Source: Rhodospirillales bacterium
GTDB taxonomy: Bacteria; Pseudomonadota; Alphaproteobacteria; Rhodospirillales; JASLQF01
Assembly (NCBI GenBank): GCA_030744625.1
Contig: JASLQF010000044.1
Span: forward strand, 487-64,486
Direction: 5' to 3'
Length of the DNA: 64,000 nt
The position numbers and the translations under genes were made by a program. The notes under the pieces are model-generated. The model was not told the DNA's origin, did not search any database, and saw only the letters and a list, made by a program, of their open reading frames with translations. This document shows, piece after piece, positions 62,417 through 64,000 of the stretch. Numbering within the stretch: the stretch's first letter is position 1; each line of letters begins with the position of its first letter.

Positions 62417-63646
62417 GTGAAGGCTGTGTCGGGAGATCGCCAAAGACGCGCCTTGGGGCCTTTCCTGGCCCGCTGCCTAGGTGTCATCGCCATCGCCGTT
62501 TGCGTCGCCGCCCTCGCCCCGGCGCCCGCCGCCGCCAAGTACGCCACCCTGGTCATGGATGCCGAATCGGGCCGCGTCCTGTACTCGGTCAACGCCGACA
62601 CCCGCAATTATCCGGCGTCGCTCACCAAGATGATGACCCTCTACATGGTCTTCCGGGCCCTTGACGAGGGACGCTGGAGCCTGGACGAGCATCTGCCCAT
62701 ATCGGCCCGCGCCGCCCGCCAGCCGGCCTCCAAGCTGGGCCTGGCAAGGGGGCGCACCGTGTCGGTGCGCGACGCCATCTACGCCCTGGTCACCAAGTCG
62801 GCCAACGACGTGGCCACCGCCATCGCCGAGGCGATGGCCGGAGGCGACAGAAATTTCGCCCGCATGATGACGGCCGAGGCCCGCAAGCTGGGCATGAGCC
62901 GGACGACCTTCCGCAATTCCTCGGGCCTTCCCCACAGCCGGCAGATGAGCACGGCGCGCGACATGGCGACCCTGGCGCGCGCCCTGCTGACGCGCTATCC
63001 CCACTACTATCACTATTTCGCGACGCGCCACTTCACCTTCGACGGCGTCACCCACAAGAACCACAACGATCTTCTGTCCACCTACGACGGCACAGACGGC
63101 CTCAAGACCGGCTACATTCGGGCCTCCGGCTTCAACCTCGTGGCCTCGGCCAAGCGCGGCGACTACCGTATCATCGGGGTCGTTTTCGGCGGCCGCTCGC
63201 CGAGGGCGCGCAACCGCCACATGGTGCGCATCCTCGACAAGGGCTTCCGGCTGCTCGGCGAAACAGGCACGGCGCGGGCCGACGCCCAAGGCGGAAAAGA
63301 CGTGGAACGCCTCGCCACCGCCCCCGCCACCTCTCCCGCGGCCAACAATCCGCGCCGCAAGACGCCGCGCCCAGGCTGGGGTGTCCAGGTCGGCGCCTAT
63401 TTCACTCACGCCCCGGCTTACGCCGCCGCCAGGAAGGCCGTGGCGCGCGCCCCCGGCTATCTCGAGGACGGCACCATCGCGGTGGTGCCCCTGAAGCGAA
63501 AGAAAGGCCGGACGGTCTTTCGGGCGCGCATCCTGGACATCACCAAGAAAGAGGCCTACCGGGCCTGCCGAGTCCTCAAGCGCCGCAAGATGCACTGCAT
63601 GGAACTGCGCATGAGGCCAACCCAAGTGGCCGCGGCTCGCGGCTAG
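62417..63646 (+). CDS. D-alanyl-D-alanine carboxypeptidase (S11) with C-terminal SPOR-like domain
   Basis: PASLTK, SAND, KTG, WGVQVGAY. SD GGAGG before GTG. Confidence 0.92.
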   Translation: MKAVSGDRQRRALGPFLARCLGVIAIAVCVAALAPAPAAAKYATLVMDAESGRVLYSVNADTRNYPASLTKMMTLYMVFRALDEGRWSLDEHLPISARAARQPASKLGLARGRTVSVRDAIYALVTKSANDVATAIAEAMAGGDRNFARMMTAEARKLGMSRTTFRNSSGLPHSRQMSTARDMATLARALLTRYPHYYHYFATRHFTFDGVTHKNHNDLLSTYDGTDGLKTGYIRASGFNLVASAKRGDYRIIGVVFGGRSPRARNRHMVRILDKGFRLLGETGTARADAQGGKDVERLATAPATSPAANNPRRKTPRPGWGVQVGAYFTHAPAYAAARKAVARAPGYLEDGTIAVVPLKRKKGRTVFRARILDITKKEAYRACRVLKRRKMHCMELRMRPTQVAAARG

Positions 63647-63654
63647 GACGTTTT

Positions 63655-63780
63655 CCGTCTAGATGTAATCACCGCTGGCGGGCCGGTCCGAGACCGGCCC
63701 CTACAAAACTTGCCGAAGGTAGGGGCGGGTCTCAGGCCCGACCGTGTCGAATAGGCAATACGCGGTGTAATGCTAACCGG
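63655..63780. mobile_element. 126-bp MITE-like/REP element (copy 2)
   Basis: Ends CCGTCTAG/CTAACCGG, same length and colinear with 52889-53014. Confidence 0.7.
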
Positions 63781-63803
63781 GGTTTCTCTGGAGGTGTACC
63801 GCT

Positions 63804-64000
63804 TCAGCCGAAGTCGGGAGCTTCCAGGCCGCTGAGCCGCAACTGCCCGGCGAGAACCTCCTTCAGGCGTTCGAGCCCTTCGCGGCTCGACGATTCGCAG
63901 CGCGCCACCAGCACCGGCTGGGTGTTCGACGCCCTGAGCAGCCACCAGCCGTCCGCCGTGCCCACGCGCACTCCGTCGATGTCGCTCACTTGCACGCCTT
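63804..64000 (-). CDS. Phosphomannomutase/phosphoglucomutase, C-terminal fragment
   Basis: [26 protein letters not shown]. Confidence 0.9.
   Translation of the reverse strand, partial: GVQVSDIDGVRVGTADGWWLLRASNTQPVLVARCESSSREGLERLKEVLAGQLRLSGLEAPDFG

Overview
High-GC alphaproteobacterial chromosome segment, Rhodospirillales-like by gene order and by a tRNA-His that keeps G-1/C73. It is mostly core genes: tkt-fba-rpe, glnB-glnA with a sigma54 promoter, thiS-thiG, aroQ-accB-accC-aat, DUF2155-mlaD-mlaD-NDUFA12, nrdJ, a Liv-type ABC transporter, clpS-clpA, phasin and a DD-carboxypeptidase. Small accessory insertions are scattered among them. I saw no CRISPR array, rRNA, integrase or transposase. 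The best candidate for an undescribed system is accB, which is fused in frame to a phage Cro-like helix-turn-helix and preceded by two TTGCG-N5-CGCAA operator-like palindromes 22 bp apart. This suggests a biotin carrier protein that regulates its own operon. Other highlights are a stand-alone SMODS/CD-NTase homologue with lost catalytic carboxylates behind a duplicated terminator, two copies of a 126-bp REP-containing MITE-like element, an isochorismatase-fold protein with an altered triad, and a hemerythrin pair with a His-to-Glu ligand swap. All product calls come from motif recognition by eye, with no database searches, and several start codons are my estimates.
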